Below, piece by piece: positions 51,340-64,000 of a DNA stretch of 64,000 nucleotides. Under the pieces are notes generated by a model. The model was given only the letters and a program-made list of their open reading frames with translations, made no database searches and was not told where the DNA came from. The translations under genes were made by a program, and so were the position numbers. The stretch's first letter is position 1, and the number at the start of each line of letters is the position of its first letter. Source of the stretch: Eledone cirrhosa (lineage: Eukaryota); assembly GCA_964016885.1 (NCBI GenBank), contig OZ024759.1:32550001-32614000 (forward strand), given 5' to 3'.

Positions 51340-51802
51340 CTCTTTCTCTTAATTTCAAGTATATTTTTTTGACCGGCCACCTTCCTGGTGGCAAGGTTGT
51401 AAAAGAAAAGAAATTGTCATCCCTTGAATCGCAAGAATGGTTTGCAAATTTTGAAGGTGCCAGCTATCACAGCCATTTGTAGACTATGAATTAGGGAGCT
51501 GCGCTTTTTGTCCGCAAATCCAAGTTCAGTCATACTTTGGTCCAAGTGGGTTGGTATATAACCCGTAGCTCCAATAATGATGGGTATGAAGCTAAAGGTG
51601 TATCTTGGATACTGGATTAGTAAACTCCTCATCAATGGTCCGTAGATATCCTCCTTCTCCTGTATTTTTCTGACAACGTTTACATCAAATGGGCAGCTGA
51701 TCTCCACAACAGAACACGTTTTCAATGTGTGGTCCCAAACTACAATATCAGGCCGGTTGTGCTTTAATTTGGTGGCAGTTTTTATTTTCAGGTTCCACCA
51801 GT
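51340..51802 (-). mobile_element. R4/Dong/NeSL-type non-LTR element 3' fragment with restriction-like endonuclease domain
   Basis: WWNLKIKTATKLKHNRPDIVVWD..VVEISCPFD..KIQEKEDIY..FIPIIIGATG: PD..(D/E) RLE motif; stop at 51417. Confidence 0.85.
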
Positions 51803-51835
51803 TATTGAAATATGAAACTTCACAAAACAGTGGAG

Positions 51836-51884
<49 letters not shown>

Positions 51885-51914
51885 AGATCAAAAGATAGTT
51901 AAATGAGTTCCATG

Positions 51915-51985
51915 TATTTTATTATGCGCATTTCAAAAACAAATATCATCATGCAATAACATTTGTGTTTTCATCAGATAAAATA
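51915..51985 (-). ncRNA. type I hammerhead, family B
   Basis: Duplicate of 50339-50409. Confidence 0.85.
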
Positions 51986-52359
51986 GGAGGACATGATATG
52001 AAGGTTAAAAACACTTGTGGATAGTGCGGTTTTAAATCAACATATGTATATATATATACCCAGGTAAAGATGTAGAGGTAGGGGGAGAGCAGCGAGAGGC
52101 TGAAGAAGAGGAGTATGAGAGGGTAGGGTGGAGGAGCAGACAGATACCCATAGAGGGGGAGAAGCTAGGGTGGGGATCTTGGTTCCCTCCACCTCCACTC
52201 TTATATCTTACCCACCTACCCACCCCTATCTTAACACCTTATACTTCCTCCACCTCCCTATCACGCCTCCTGCCCCCCCCCACTAACTCTGTGACTGTTT
52301 AATTAATAAGTAATTAAAATAATTATATTATAATTTCCTGCCTTATCCTGGTGCCAATA

Positions 52360-52443
52360 TTACTACTACTTCTACTACTACTACTCCTACTGTTACTACT
52401 ACTACTTCTACTACTACTACTCCTACTGTTACTACTACTACTT

Positions 52444-52477
<34 letters not shown>

Positions 52478-52681
52478 CGTTACTACTACTACTTCTACTA
52501 CTACTACTACTACTAGTACTGTTACTACTACTACTTCTACTACTACTACTACTACTACTACTACTATTACTGTTACTACTACTACTACTACTACTACTAC
52601 TGTTACTACTACTACTACTACAACTACAACTACTGTTACTACTACTACTTCTACTACTTCTACTACTACTACTCCTACTGT

Positions 52682-52715
<34 letters not shown>

Positions 52716-52744
52716 GTTACTACTACTACTACTACTAGTACTGT

Positions 52745-52787
<43 letters not shown>

Positions 52788-52803
52788 GTTACTACTACTA
52801 CTT

Positions 52804-52850
<47 letters not shown>

Positions 52851-53035
52851 GTTACTACTACTACTTCTACTACTACTACTACTACTAGTACTGTTACTAC
52901 TACTACTACTACTTCTACTACTGTTGCTACTACTTCTACTACTACTACTACTACTACTACTACTGTTACTACTACTACTTCTACTACTACTACTACTACT
53001 ACTGTTACTACTACTACTACTACTTCTACTACTGT

Positions 53036-53072
<37 letters not shown>

Positions 53073-53188
53073 GTTACTACTACTACTACTACAACTACAA
53101 CTACTGTTACTACTACTACTTCTACTACTACTACTGTTACTACTACTACTACTACTGTTACTACTACTACTACTACTTCTACTACTGT

Positions 53189-53225
<37 letters not shown>

Positions 53226-55920
53226 GTTACTACTACTACTTCTACTACTACTACTGTTACTACTACTACTACTACTATTACTACTACTACTGTTACTACT
53301 ACTACTACTTCTACTGTTACTACTACTACTACTACTTCTACTGTTACTACTACTACTACTTCTACTACTACTACTGCTGCTACTACTACTGTTACTACGA
53401 CTATTGATGCTACTACTACTACTGTTACTACTACTACTACTTCTACTACTACTACTACTACTGCTGCTACTACTACTGTTACTACTACTATTGATGCTAC
53501 TACTACTACTACTGCTGCTGCTACTACTACTACTAGCAACAGCAGCAGCAGCTGCACCACCACCACCAACAGCAACAGCACCAACAGCAGAAGCAACAGC
53601 AGCAGCACCAACATCAGTAGCACCAACAGCAGCAGCACCAACATCAGCAGCACCAACAGCAGCAGCACCAACAGCAGTAGCACCAACAGCAGTAGCACCA
53701 ACAGCAGCAGCACCAACAGCAGCAGCACCAACAGCAGTAGCACCAACAGCAGCAGCACCAACATCAGCAGCACCAACAGCAGTAGCACCAACAGCAGTAG
53801 CACCAACAGCACCAACAACAGCAGAAGCAACAGCAGCAGCACCAACAGCAGCACCACCAACAGCAGAAGCAACAGCAGCAACAACAGCAGCACCACCAAC
53901 AGCAGCAACAGCAGCAACAGCAGCACTATCCCCAGCAATAACAGTTGTACCATCACAAACAGTTCCACCACCAGCACCACCACCACCACCAGCACCACCA
54001 GCACCACCACCATCACCACCACCACCACTAGCACCACCACCACCAGTACCACCACCATCACCACCAGCACCACCACCACCACCACCAGCACCACCACCAC
54101 CACCACCATCACCACCAGCACCACTAGCACCATCACCACCAGCACCACCACCACCACTAGCACCACCACCACCAGTACCACCACCATCACCACCAGCACC
54201 ACCACCACCACCACCATCACCACCAGCACCACCACCACCACCAGTACCACCAGCACCACCACCATCACCACTAGCACCACCACCAGCACCACCACCACCA
54301 CCACCATCACCACCAGCACCACCACCACCACCAGTACCACCAGCACCACCACCATCACCACTAGCACCACCACCAGCACCACCACCACCACCACCATCAC
54401 CACCAGCACCACCACCACCAGTACCACCATCACCACCAGCACCACCACCACTAGCACCATCACCACCAGTACCACCACTATCACCACCAGCACCACCATC
54501 ACCACCAGCACCACCACCACCACCACCAGCACCACCACCACCACCACCAGCACCACCACCACCACCACCAGCACCACCACCACCACTAGCACCACCACCA
54601 CTAGCACCATCACCACCAGTACCACCACCATCACCACCAGCACCACCATCACCACCAGCACCACCACCACCACCACCAGTACCACCAGCACCACCACCAT
54701 CACCACTAGCACCACCACCACCAGTACCACCATCACCACCAGCACCACCACCACCACCACCAGTACCACCAGCACCACCACCATCACCACTAGCACCACC
54801 ACCACCAGTACCACCACCATCACCACCACCACCAGCACCAGCAGCACCACCACCAGCACCACCACCACCATCACCACCACCATCACCACCAGCACCACCA
54901 GTACCACCACCATCACCACCAGCACCATCACCACTAGCACCACCACCATCACCACCAGCACCATCACCACCAGCACCACCACCGCCACCATCATCAGTAG
55001 CATCAGCACCACCAGCAACAGTACCACTATCATCAATAAAAACAGTACTATCACTCATCATCATCGTCACCATCATTAATAACAACAGCCACACCGCCAC
55101 CAACCACTAGCACTATCAACACCAACACTATCACCAACACCACCAACAACACCAACACCATCAATATCACCACCAACACCACCACCACCAACACTATCAC
55201 CACCAATACCAACACACCACCAACACCAACACCACCAACACCACCAACACCAACACCACACTAACACCAACAATAACAACACCAACACCATCACCACCAA
55301 CACCAACAACACACTAACACCAACAATAACAACACCAACACCACACCAACACACCACCAACACCACACCAACACACCACCAACACCAACACCACACTAAC
55401 ACCAACAATAACAACACCAACACCACACCAACACACCACCAACACCAAAACCACACTAACACCAACAATAACAACACCAACACCACACCAACACACCACC
55501 AACACCAACACCACACTAACACCAACACCACGAAAACCACACCAACAACACAACATCAACACCACCAACACCAACACCAACACACCACCTCTAACACCAC
55601 TACCAGCATCAAGACTAATACCTACACCACCAACACCAACACCACCATCAACACTAACATCACCATCAACACCACCAGCACACTAATGTTGGTACCAGCA
55701 CAACCACAAACACCACCACTACCAATATCATCACCACCAACGTCGCCAACACTACCACCACCAACACTGCCACCACCGTCGCCACCACACCACCACTACG
55801 ACATCACCACCACCACTCTACCACCATTAACGCAGCCACCAGCACCACATCACCATCATAATACCACCAACACCACCATCATATCACCACCACCACCAAC
55901 GCCGCCAACATCAGCCAAGC
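52360..55920. repeat. 3.5 kb graded trinucleotide tract (CTA to CAG/CAA to CAC to CAA/CAC)
   Basis: Directly visible; gives ~900 aa low-complexity ORFs on both strands. Confidence 0.9.
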
Positions 55921-56320
55921 AGTCACGTCTTCATACACTAGATAAGCACTAGAGTAAGTCAGCTATTGAGCTGTGTTTGTGTGTCAGTTGTATTATTTTT
56001 ATTATTAGTGTGTATATAATGTATATATAAGATATATATACACACAGTATATAAATATATATATAATACATATCAGAAGTAGAATTAGAAGACAGAAGAC
56101 GGCAAAACGAGTCAGTTAGTGGTAACAACAACAAACAACAACATCAACTACTTCTACTACTACAACAACAGCAATCACAACAACAACTACTACTACCACA
56201 ACAACAACCACTACTACCACTACAGCTACTATTACTACAGAAACCACAACATCAACTAATACAACCACCGCTACACAAACCACCACAACATCAAATACTA
56301 CAACCACCACTACCACTAAA

Positions 56321-56369
56321 ATGGATAGCACAAATAATGCGTTTAAGAATTATTCTGCAAATGAAGCAG
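56321..56369 (+). CDS. candidate first coding exon of an unidentified host gene
   Basis: AAA-ATG-G context, MDSTNNAFKNYSANEA, consensus donor CAG|GTAAGT; TCAGTT Inr-like motifs upstream at ~55984 and ~56112. Confidence 0.35.
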
Positions 56370-56696
56370 GTAAGTGATGGATTTTCTTTGATAAATTCCT
56401 TATTATTATTGTTATTATATCATTATGTAGGAAATCTCTCCCGATCTGTTTATTTTCTCTCATCACATCTTTTAAAACATGAAAACAACCCCACATTGTG
56501 TCACCTTGTGTTGCTCCGTCTTTGGATTCTTTCTTCACATCAACCCTCTCTGGTTAATAAAGAAACCATCATTATTTTTAAAAAAACCTAAACCCCACAC
56601 TATATCGTCCTGTACCGTCTTTAATGTCTCTTTAATGTGAGCCCTGTTTGACTAATAAAGAAATCAATGTTACTATTGTCACTATTATTACTCGAA

Positions 56697-57000
56697 TACA
56701 GCCCAGGTTAGCTTTGCATTTGATCCTTACGTGGGTCGAGGTCGTTAAAATAAAGTACCAGTCACGCACTGAGGTCGATTGATTTAATCGACGTTCCCCT
56801 CTCTCACCCCCAAAATTGCTGGCCTTGTGCCTAAAGTAGAAACCGTTATTGTTACTATGATTACAGCCGAGGTTAGCTTTGCCTTTCATCCTTACGAGGG
56901 TCGAGATCGTTAAAATATAGTACCAGTAACGCACTGGGGTAGATTTAATCGACTTTCTCCTCATCCCCTCCAAATTGCTGGCCTTGTGCCTAAAGTAGAA
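56697..57000 (+). mobile_element. two tandem SINE family 3 bodies
   Basis: GGTTAGCTTTGC..GGTCGAG..AGTACCAG..GGCCTTGTGCCTAAAGTAGAA occurs twice. Confidence 0.8.
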
Positions 57001-57829
57001 CCTATCATTACTATTATCAGGAACTATTACTACTATCATTCCCTCGTGTTATTTCTGTTTTGTTTAAATTCATCTTGTTGTTGTTGCAGTTGCTTTTTTC
57101 CCACGTCTCTCCCCCGTTTAAAGACACCACACTACACCACACATATTTTATGTCGGTTCCCTGTGGCCAAAACACACTGGAACGGAACCACCAAAATAAT
57201 TTCCCCATCATATTCTTGGTAGAGGTACCTGAGTCGCCCCTTGGTGGTTCAGCCGCCCCACCCCAACTGGAGAATTTATTCTGTTTTATTTTTTATATAT
57301 ATTTTATTTTTATATATTTTTCTTCGTTAAATTGTTTTTATTATTGTGTAATTTTACTCAATGTTATTGTAAACCCCACACTGTCCCCGTCTTTGTATTG
57401 TCCCCTATATGTAGGCCCTTGTGGCCAATAAATGAAACCATTGTTATTATTAAAAGGGTGATATATTGACAGAATCGTTAGAGCATCGGACATTCTTTGC
57501 AGTTATTTAGCCCACGGCTTTCTTACGTTCTCAGTTCAAATTCCACCCAGGTCAGCTTTGCCTTTCACTCTACCGATGTTCTATGATATAAAATACCAGT
57601 AAAATACTGGGGGGAAAAGGGGTCGGTTTAATCGACTTTTCCCTACCTTCCTAACATTGTTGGTCCTTACCACATATTTTTACACGAAACCCCTTTCCCA
57701 AATACAACTTAAATCTCTTCAAAACATCCTAATTGTATAGTCCTCTGCCGTCGACTTCAATTTTTTTTATCATGCCAGCCCTGTGGCGAGTAAATAACAA
57801 TCAATATTATTATTATTGATATATATATA

Positions 57830-57853
57830 TATATATAATATATATACATACAC

Positions 57854-57897
<44 letters not shown>

Positions 57898-57960
57898 CAC
57901 ACAATATATATATATATATATATATATACATACACACAATATATATATATATACATACAC

Positions 57961-58000
<40 letters not shown>

Positions 58001-58119
58001 CACACAATATATATATATATATATATATATACATACACACAATATATATATATATATACATACACACAATATATATATATATATATATACATACACACAA
58101 TATATATATATATACATAC

Positions 58120-58171
<52 letters not shown>

Positions 58172-58280
58172 CACACTATATATATATACATACACACAAT
58201 ATATATAGATATATATATATATATAGATAGATATATATATACATACACACAATATATATATATATATATACATACACACA

Positions 58281-58311
<31 letters not shown>

Positions 58312-58362
58312 ATAAATATATATATATATATATATATATACATACACACAATATATATATAT

Positions 58363-58447
<85 letters not shown>

Positions 58448-58460
58448 CACACACAATATA
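57830..58460. repeat. CATACACACAA-(TA)n compound array
   Basis: About 20 units with variable TA length. Confidence 0.9.
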
Positions 58461-58515
58461 TATGTATATATACATACATACATATGCAGCTATATCTATA
58501 TATCATAGACAAGTA

Positions 58516-58550
<35 letters not shown>

Positions 58551-58722
58551 TGTTATACTTGGGGAGGGTCATATTGTTATAATATTGCCAGAAATAATGA
58601 CAGAACACACTCACTGTTTGGTTTGGGTTGGTTTTCGCTTCTGTATCTTTTATATCTCCATAGTTAATTTATCTGGCAACCAATGTTTATCATTGATTGA
58701 CCAACGGTTAAAAATACAGATA

Positions 58723-58778
<56 letters not shown>

Positions 58779-58918
58779 ATCAAAGTTCTTTCGTCACACA
58801 TCTGTGACATCATCAGTGGTACTTTTATGTTTCTCCCGGTTGTATTGTAATGCCTACGCCATTATATGTATATAATAATAGTAATAAACGGAATATATAA
58901 CATTATAGCATTATTATT

Positions 58919-58978
58919 TATTTCATTATATATATTTCAGGGATACTAAATCATAGCATGCCATCTTCAGACAAAATA
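58919..58978 (-). ncRNA. type I hammerhead, family C-related (CTGAAGA core)
   Basis: TATTTTGT-CTGAAGA-TGGCATGCTA..TAGTATCCCT-GAAA-TATATATA^ATGAAATA. Confidence 0.7.
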
Positions 58979-59733
58979 CAATATTAGATGTATAAAATGT
59001 TATATGACATACTCGTAAAAGAGACCGTATACGATCAATTCAAAACTGGTATGTGATTCAAAATCTCAAAATTTCCTAAGATGTAAAGTTATAGGGAAAT
59101 ATAAAATTAAAATAAATAAATAATAAGGACAGTTAATTTAAACGCTTTATATGTTTTTCAAAAATTTGATTGGTCAGAAAAAACCCGTTAAATGCTTATA
59201 TCTTATTATTAAGGGGATATATATATATTTCTTTATTAGCCACAGGTAGATAGATACACATATACATACTCTTATATATATGTATATAGGTTGATCGATA
59301 TATATATTTTATATTCTAATGTTATGAAAAAAATAAAGGTATATATTAGATATACCCTTTATGATTTACATAAGTAAATAAACAAAGGGGAAGACTTTAA
59401 TTTGAAAAAAAATATATTATAAGGGTTAAGGAATGCCTTGGGGGACAAGAATTTATTATTGGAGCCTATAATGTAAGTATAATATATAGAATATATTATG
59501 CCAAGGAATATAAATAATTGTTTCTACTTTAGGCACAAGGCCAGCAATTACTCAGTACATTACTGGAATATAAATAATGCTACTTATTATGTTGTTATAA
59601 AATAGATATGTATATATCAAAGAAAACTTATATATATACATACATACAGAGTGTCCCCCCCTAAAATACATACACGCTTTACCTGTCCAGACAATATTTA
59701 TTTGAATGGTGTATACATTTTTGACACACACAC

Positions 59734-59804
<71 letters not shown>

Positions 59805-60087
59805 AGACAGACGAGGGACGGGTTAAGCTTGACTGAGGAGACCAATGATGATTTCATCAGAAGGGCCTCGCATATTATTTACAGTAACATAAAAATAGCA
59901 GAACAAAATAATTTCAGGGCATTTTAGATAATTAGGAGGGGGCTCTGGTTCATCTTTGATAATTTGTCCCTAGTACAACCCTTTTACTAACGACATCTGG
60001 AGAAGCAATAATATATACACGCATATATACATTTCCTCAACCCCTCTCTCTCTCTCTCTACATATATATATATATAACACACACACA

Positions 60088-60164
60088 CAGGGTGTACCAA
60101 AAATGTATATATACTTCAACAGCATTCTAATAAATATGTGTATACATTCTTTGGGGACACCCTG
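60088..60164. mobile_element. Tc1-type MITE (CAGGGTGT TIR)
   Basis: CAGGGTGTACCAAAA...TTTGGGGACACCCTG. Confidence 0.75.
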
Positions 60165-60391
60165 CATATGTTTATCTGCTGGTTATATATATATAATATA
60201 TATATACATGTTTGTGCATTTATATGTACACACATATATGTATGCAAGTATGATTATATATATATAAGGTATGCATGAATGATGTATATTTATATATATA
60301 TGCACGTTTTGATTTTCAAACACGAGGGGAAAATTACTCAAATACGAAAGTGGAGTAATTATATACACATACACACACATATATGTGTGAG

Positions 60392-60437
<46 letters not shown>

Positions 60438-60768
60438 AGTGATCACAGTATCTCAGTAAAATATGTGTTAAATATGAATGTTTGTTTATGCATCTATCTC
60501 TATCTATCTATCTATCGTCTATCTATCTGTTTCTCTCTACCTTTCTATCTATAAATACTATATATATATATATATATATAAATACTATATATATGCGTAA
60601 ACAAAACAAATATTCATATATAAATATTTATATATGAAGGTGTCACTAGTTAATTTAAGATCAGCAAGACCCTATATTGTAAATATTGTTGGAAAGATTC
60701 CCTTTCTCCTTCGTGTAAGCTTTCACCCTTTTTCATAACAAATGAGAATATATATACGGCTGTATGTC

Positions 60769-60812
<44 letters not shown>

Positions 60813-60988
60813 TACCCGTAATGTTGTATATGAATGTTAATGTTAGTACCTAGTTGCATTATACGTTAGGAATGTGTCTGAGTCGGGTGAATCTATACAT
60901 GGATGGTAATACGTAGGATATACATCCGTGTTTGAAATATGTGTAGTGTATATATATGTGTGTGTGCATTTATATTCATGTTTATAAT

Positions 60989-61019
<31 letters not shown>

Positions 61020-61267
61020 CACATGCACACACATGCATATATATGCACATGCATACAGACACATACTGCCATGCACCAATCTATGGTATAGGTCCCATAA
61101 CAAACAGGGTACTGTTTATATCTGAACAATAGCCGTATTCTTGTAGCCTGCCTAAACCATAGAAAGACATTAATTAATTGTGTATCAACAAGATCAGTAG
61201 AGCGTCCGGGGAGATACCAGAAATACATACAATGTCTTGTCTATCAATCTCCCTCAGATTCAAAACA

Positions 61268-61327
<60 letters not shown>

Positions 61328-61330
<3 letters not shown>

Positions 61331-61500
61331 AAAAGAGTCAGGACCCCGCCGGGTGACCTCCGAGTTCGGATCTAGCTGCCGAAACGACCGAAGCTCAGCC
61401 GTCGGGGTCCTGACTCTTTTCCTATTACCCACCCTACTACCCTAAGCATCGAGTACTCTGGCGCGTTATGGCCCACCTGGTTCCTTACCATACTTTGTTA
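61328..61500 (+). repeat. family G fold-back unit
   Basis: AGGAAAAGAGTCAGGACCCCG...CGGGGTCCTGACTCTTTTCCT arms plus tail. Confidence 0.7.
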
Positions 61501-61660
61501 TATATATATAGATAGATAGATAAATTGAAGGCACCCATTTACGTGTGTTGTATCGAAGCGAATAACTATGTGTCTACTCAAGGAGTTTATTTAACATTAC
61601 CTATTGAGTTCGCTGAGATGCAACCGGACCTAGCAGTGAAATCCGTGCTAGTTCCGTCAA

Positions 61661-62240
<580 letters not shown>

Positions 62241-62253
62241 CTATATATATATA

Positions 62254-62313
<60 letters not shown>

Positions 62314-62917
62314 TGCCTAGTACTCCTCGCGACATTGCTGTCTTTTGTCCTGCTGTTGGCTTGGTTGTTCATCCCTTCCTTTACATTTTCTTTAATATTG
62401 CAACATTAAAAGAATATATCTTTCTGAATGAATCGCGAGCAATTTATAATGTTATCTAAGCATTTGTAACATATATATATATATATATACATATATACAC
62501 ATTTGAAGAATACATAAGTACAGACAATAAATTAAACACTTTCACAGATGTTTCATTATAGGGTGTCCTCCCAAAATATATACACACTTCAACAGCAAAA
62601 AGTAGAAACAATTATTTAAATTATGTAAACATTTTTGGGTGTTTATATACAATTGAATTATGTCTGTAGATCATTTTATTTTTGGAAAAGGTGGTCTATT
62701 CTAATAAATATTACCTGTACAGGTAATCAAAGAGTGTATACATTTTGGGAGACCCTGTGTATACATATATATAATATAAACACATACACATGTGTGTGTG
62801 TGTTTATGTCTTAACATGTCGTTTATATTTAATCTGCCGAAAACAGGGAATTAACTAAACAAAGGAAGCCCCCGATGGGGTTTGTTAAATGGGTATTAAT
62901 TATATCTTAGAAATTAC

Positions 62918-62971
<54 letters not shown>

Positions 62972-63082
62972 GTGTGAACTGTTATTTTGATATTGAATGG
63001 ATGAAACTGTAAGATGTAAAGTTTGTTTATGTATTGCCTTCTCCATTTATTCTGCTTATATATATTTTTATATATATATATA

Positions 63083-63310
63083 ATCATCATCATTTTACGT
63101 CTGCTTTTCCCTGCTTGCAAGGGTGGGACGGGTCCTATTAAGCACAGCGTCTCTCCATTCGTCACGGGCCTTTATCATCTCCTCCGTGAGTTTCAGCGAT
63201 CTGAGGTCTGTTCTCGCCATCTCCGCCCATGATCTTCGTGGTCTACCTCGACTGTGTCTTCCTTCTACTGGGATTTCTTAGCACTTCTTTACCCAGCCGT
63301 CATCCTCCAT
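63083..63310 (-). mobile_element. RTE 3' end fragment
   Basis: WVKKC..RGRPRRS, UTR homologous to 47385-47570. Confidence 0.8.
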
Positions 63311-63555
63311 ATATATATATATATAATGTGTGTTTACACACTCATATATATACACGTGTATGTTTATATTTATATATGTGTCTGTGTGTGTGTGTGTGAA
63401 CACAGTCAGAACCAAATAGTGGAAAGTCCCAGAGTAATATACAGTTGCCATGTAGGCACTAGAGGATGCAAATCTTTGGTTTGAAGAGCCAGGTTCGTGC
63501 CTCACATTTTTGAACGTTTCATCAAGCGATGGCAATACTCAAACACGAGTTTGCA

Positions 63556-63596
<41 letters not shown>

Positions 63597-63707
63597 ATCT
63601 GAGTTTTTCGAATATTAATAATAGTATTCAATTCGTGTGCAATTATGCAAACAGCCTCTTTAAGTCATGTCATTCTTGCTCTTGTGTTGACATATAATAT
63701 ATATATA

Positions 63708-64000
63708 TTGTCTGTCAGGGTTGTAACTTGAAGGGGGATTTGACATCTAGTTACACCGTGTTGTCTCAGGGTTATGACTGAAGGGAGATTTGGCATCTAG
63801 TTACACCGTGTTGTCTCAGGGTTATGACTGAAGGGGGATTTGACATCTAGTTACACCGTGTTGTCTCAGGGTTATGACTGAAGGGGGATTTGACATCTAT
63901 TTACACCGTGTTGTCTGTGAGGGTTGTGACTTGAAGGGGGATTTGACATCTAGTTACACTGTGTTGTCTATCAGGGTTGGGACTTGAAGGAGGATTTGAC
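63708..64000. repeat. ~50 bp minisatellite running off the window end
   Basis: Unit TGTTGTCTCAGGGTTATGACTGAAGGGGGATTTGACATCTAGTTACACCG. Confidence 0.9.

Noticed and set aside
58789-58816. Hammerhead core CTGATGA-TGTCACA..TGTGAC-GAAA (minus)
   Set aside because: Stem III and cleavage site are lost at a TA run; remnant only
63708-64000. Telomeric repeat (AGGGTT)
   Set aside because: Isolated motif inside a 50 bp minisatellite unit, not tandem TTAGGG

Overview
Eukaryotic, very AT-rich, microsatellite-saturated DNA. Its SINE, RTE and (TA)n content resembles a cephalopod (Octopus-like) genome; this assignment is an inference. No complete host gene is visible, only two candidate first coding exons (24857-25001 minus, 56321-56369 plus). 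Almost all ORFs in the track are microsatellite artefacts. Recognisable content: fragments of RTE, CR1, L1/Tx1-like and R4/Dong-like LINEs, three tRNA-derived SINE families, mariner/Tc1 and piggyBac MITEs, a small Helitron, an Hsmar2-like mariner remnant and several minisatellites. The main hidden signal is about 25 type I hammerhead ribozyme (HHR) motifs from about 8 sequence families, found by eye, on both strands. Most sit in short Penelope-pLTR-like or retrozyme-like units lodged in (TA)n tracts, often as fold-back inverted duplications. They show stem covariation, palindromic loop III, non-canonical U4A/U4C cores, recurrent breakpoints at ribozyme landmarks, and a shared downstream ACTC..GAGTRC hairpin. 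All coordinates were read by hand, so expect errors of a few bases.
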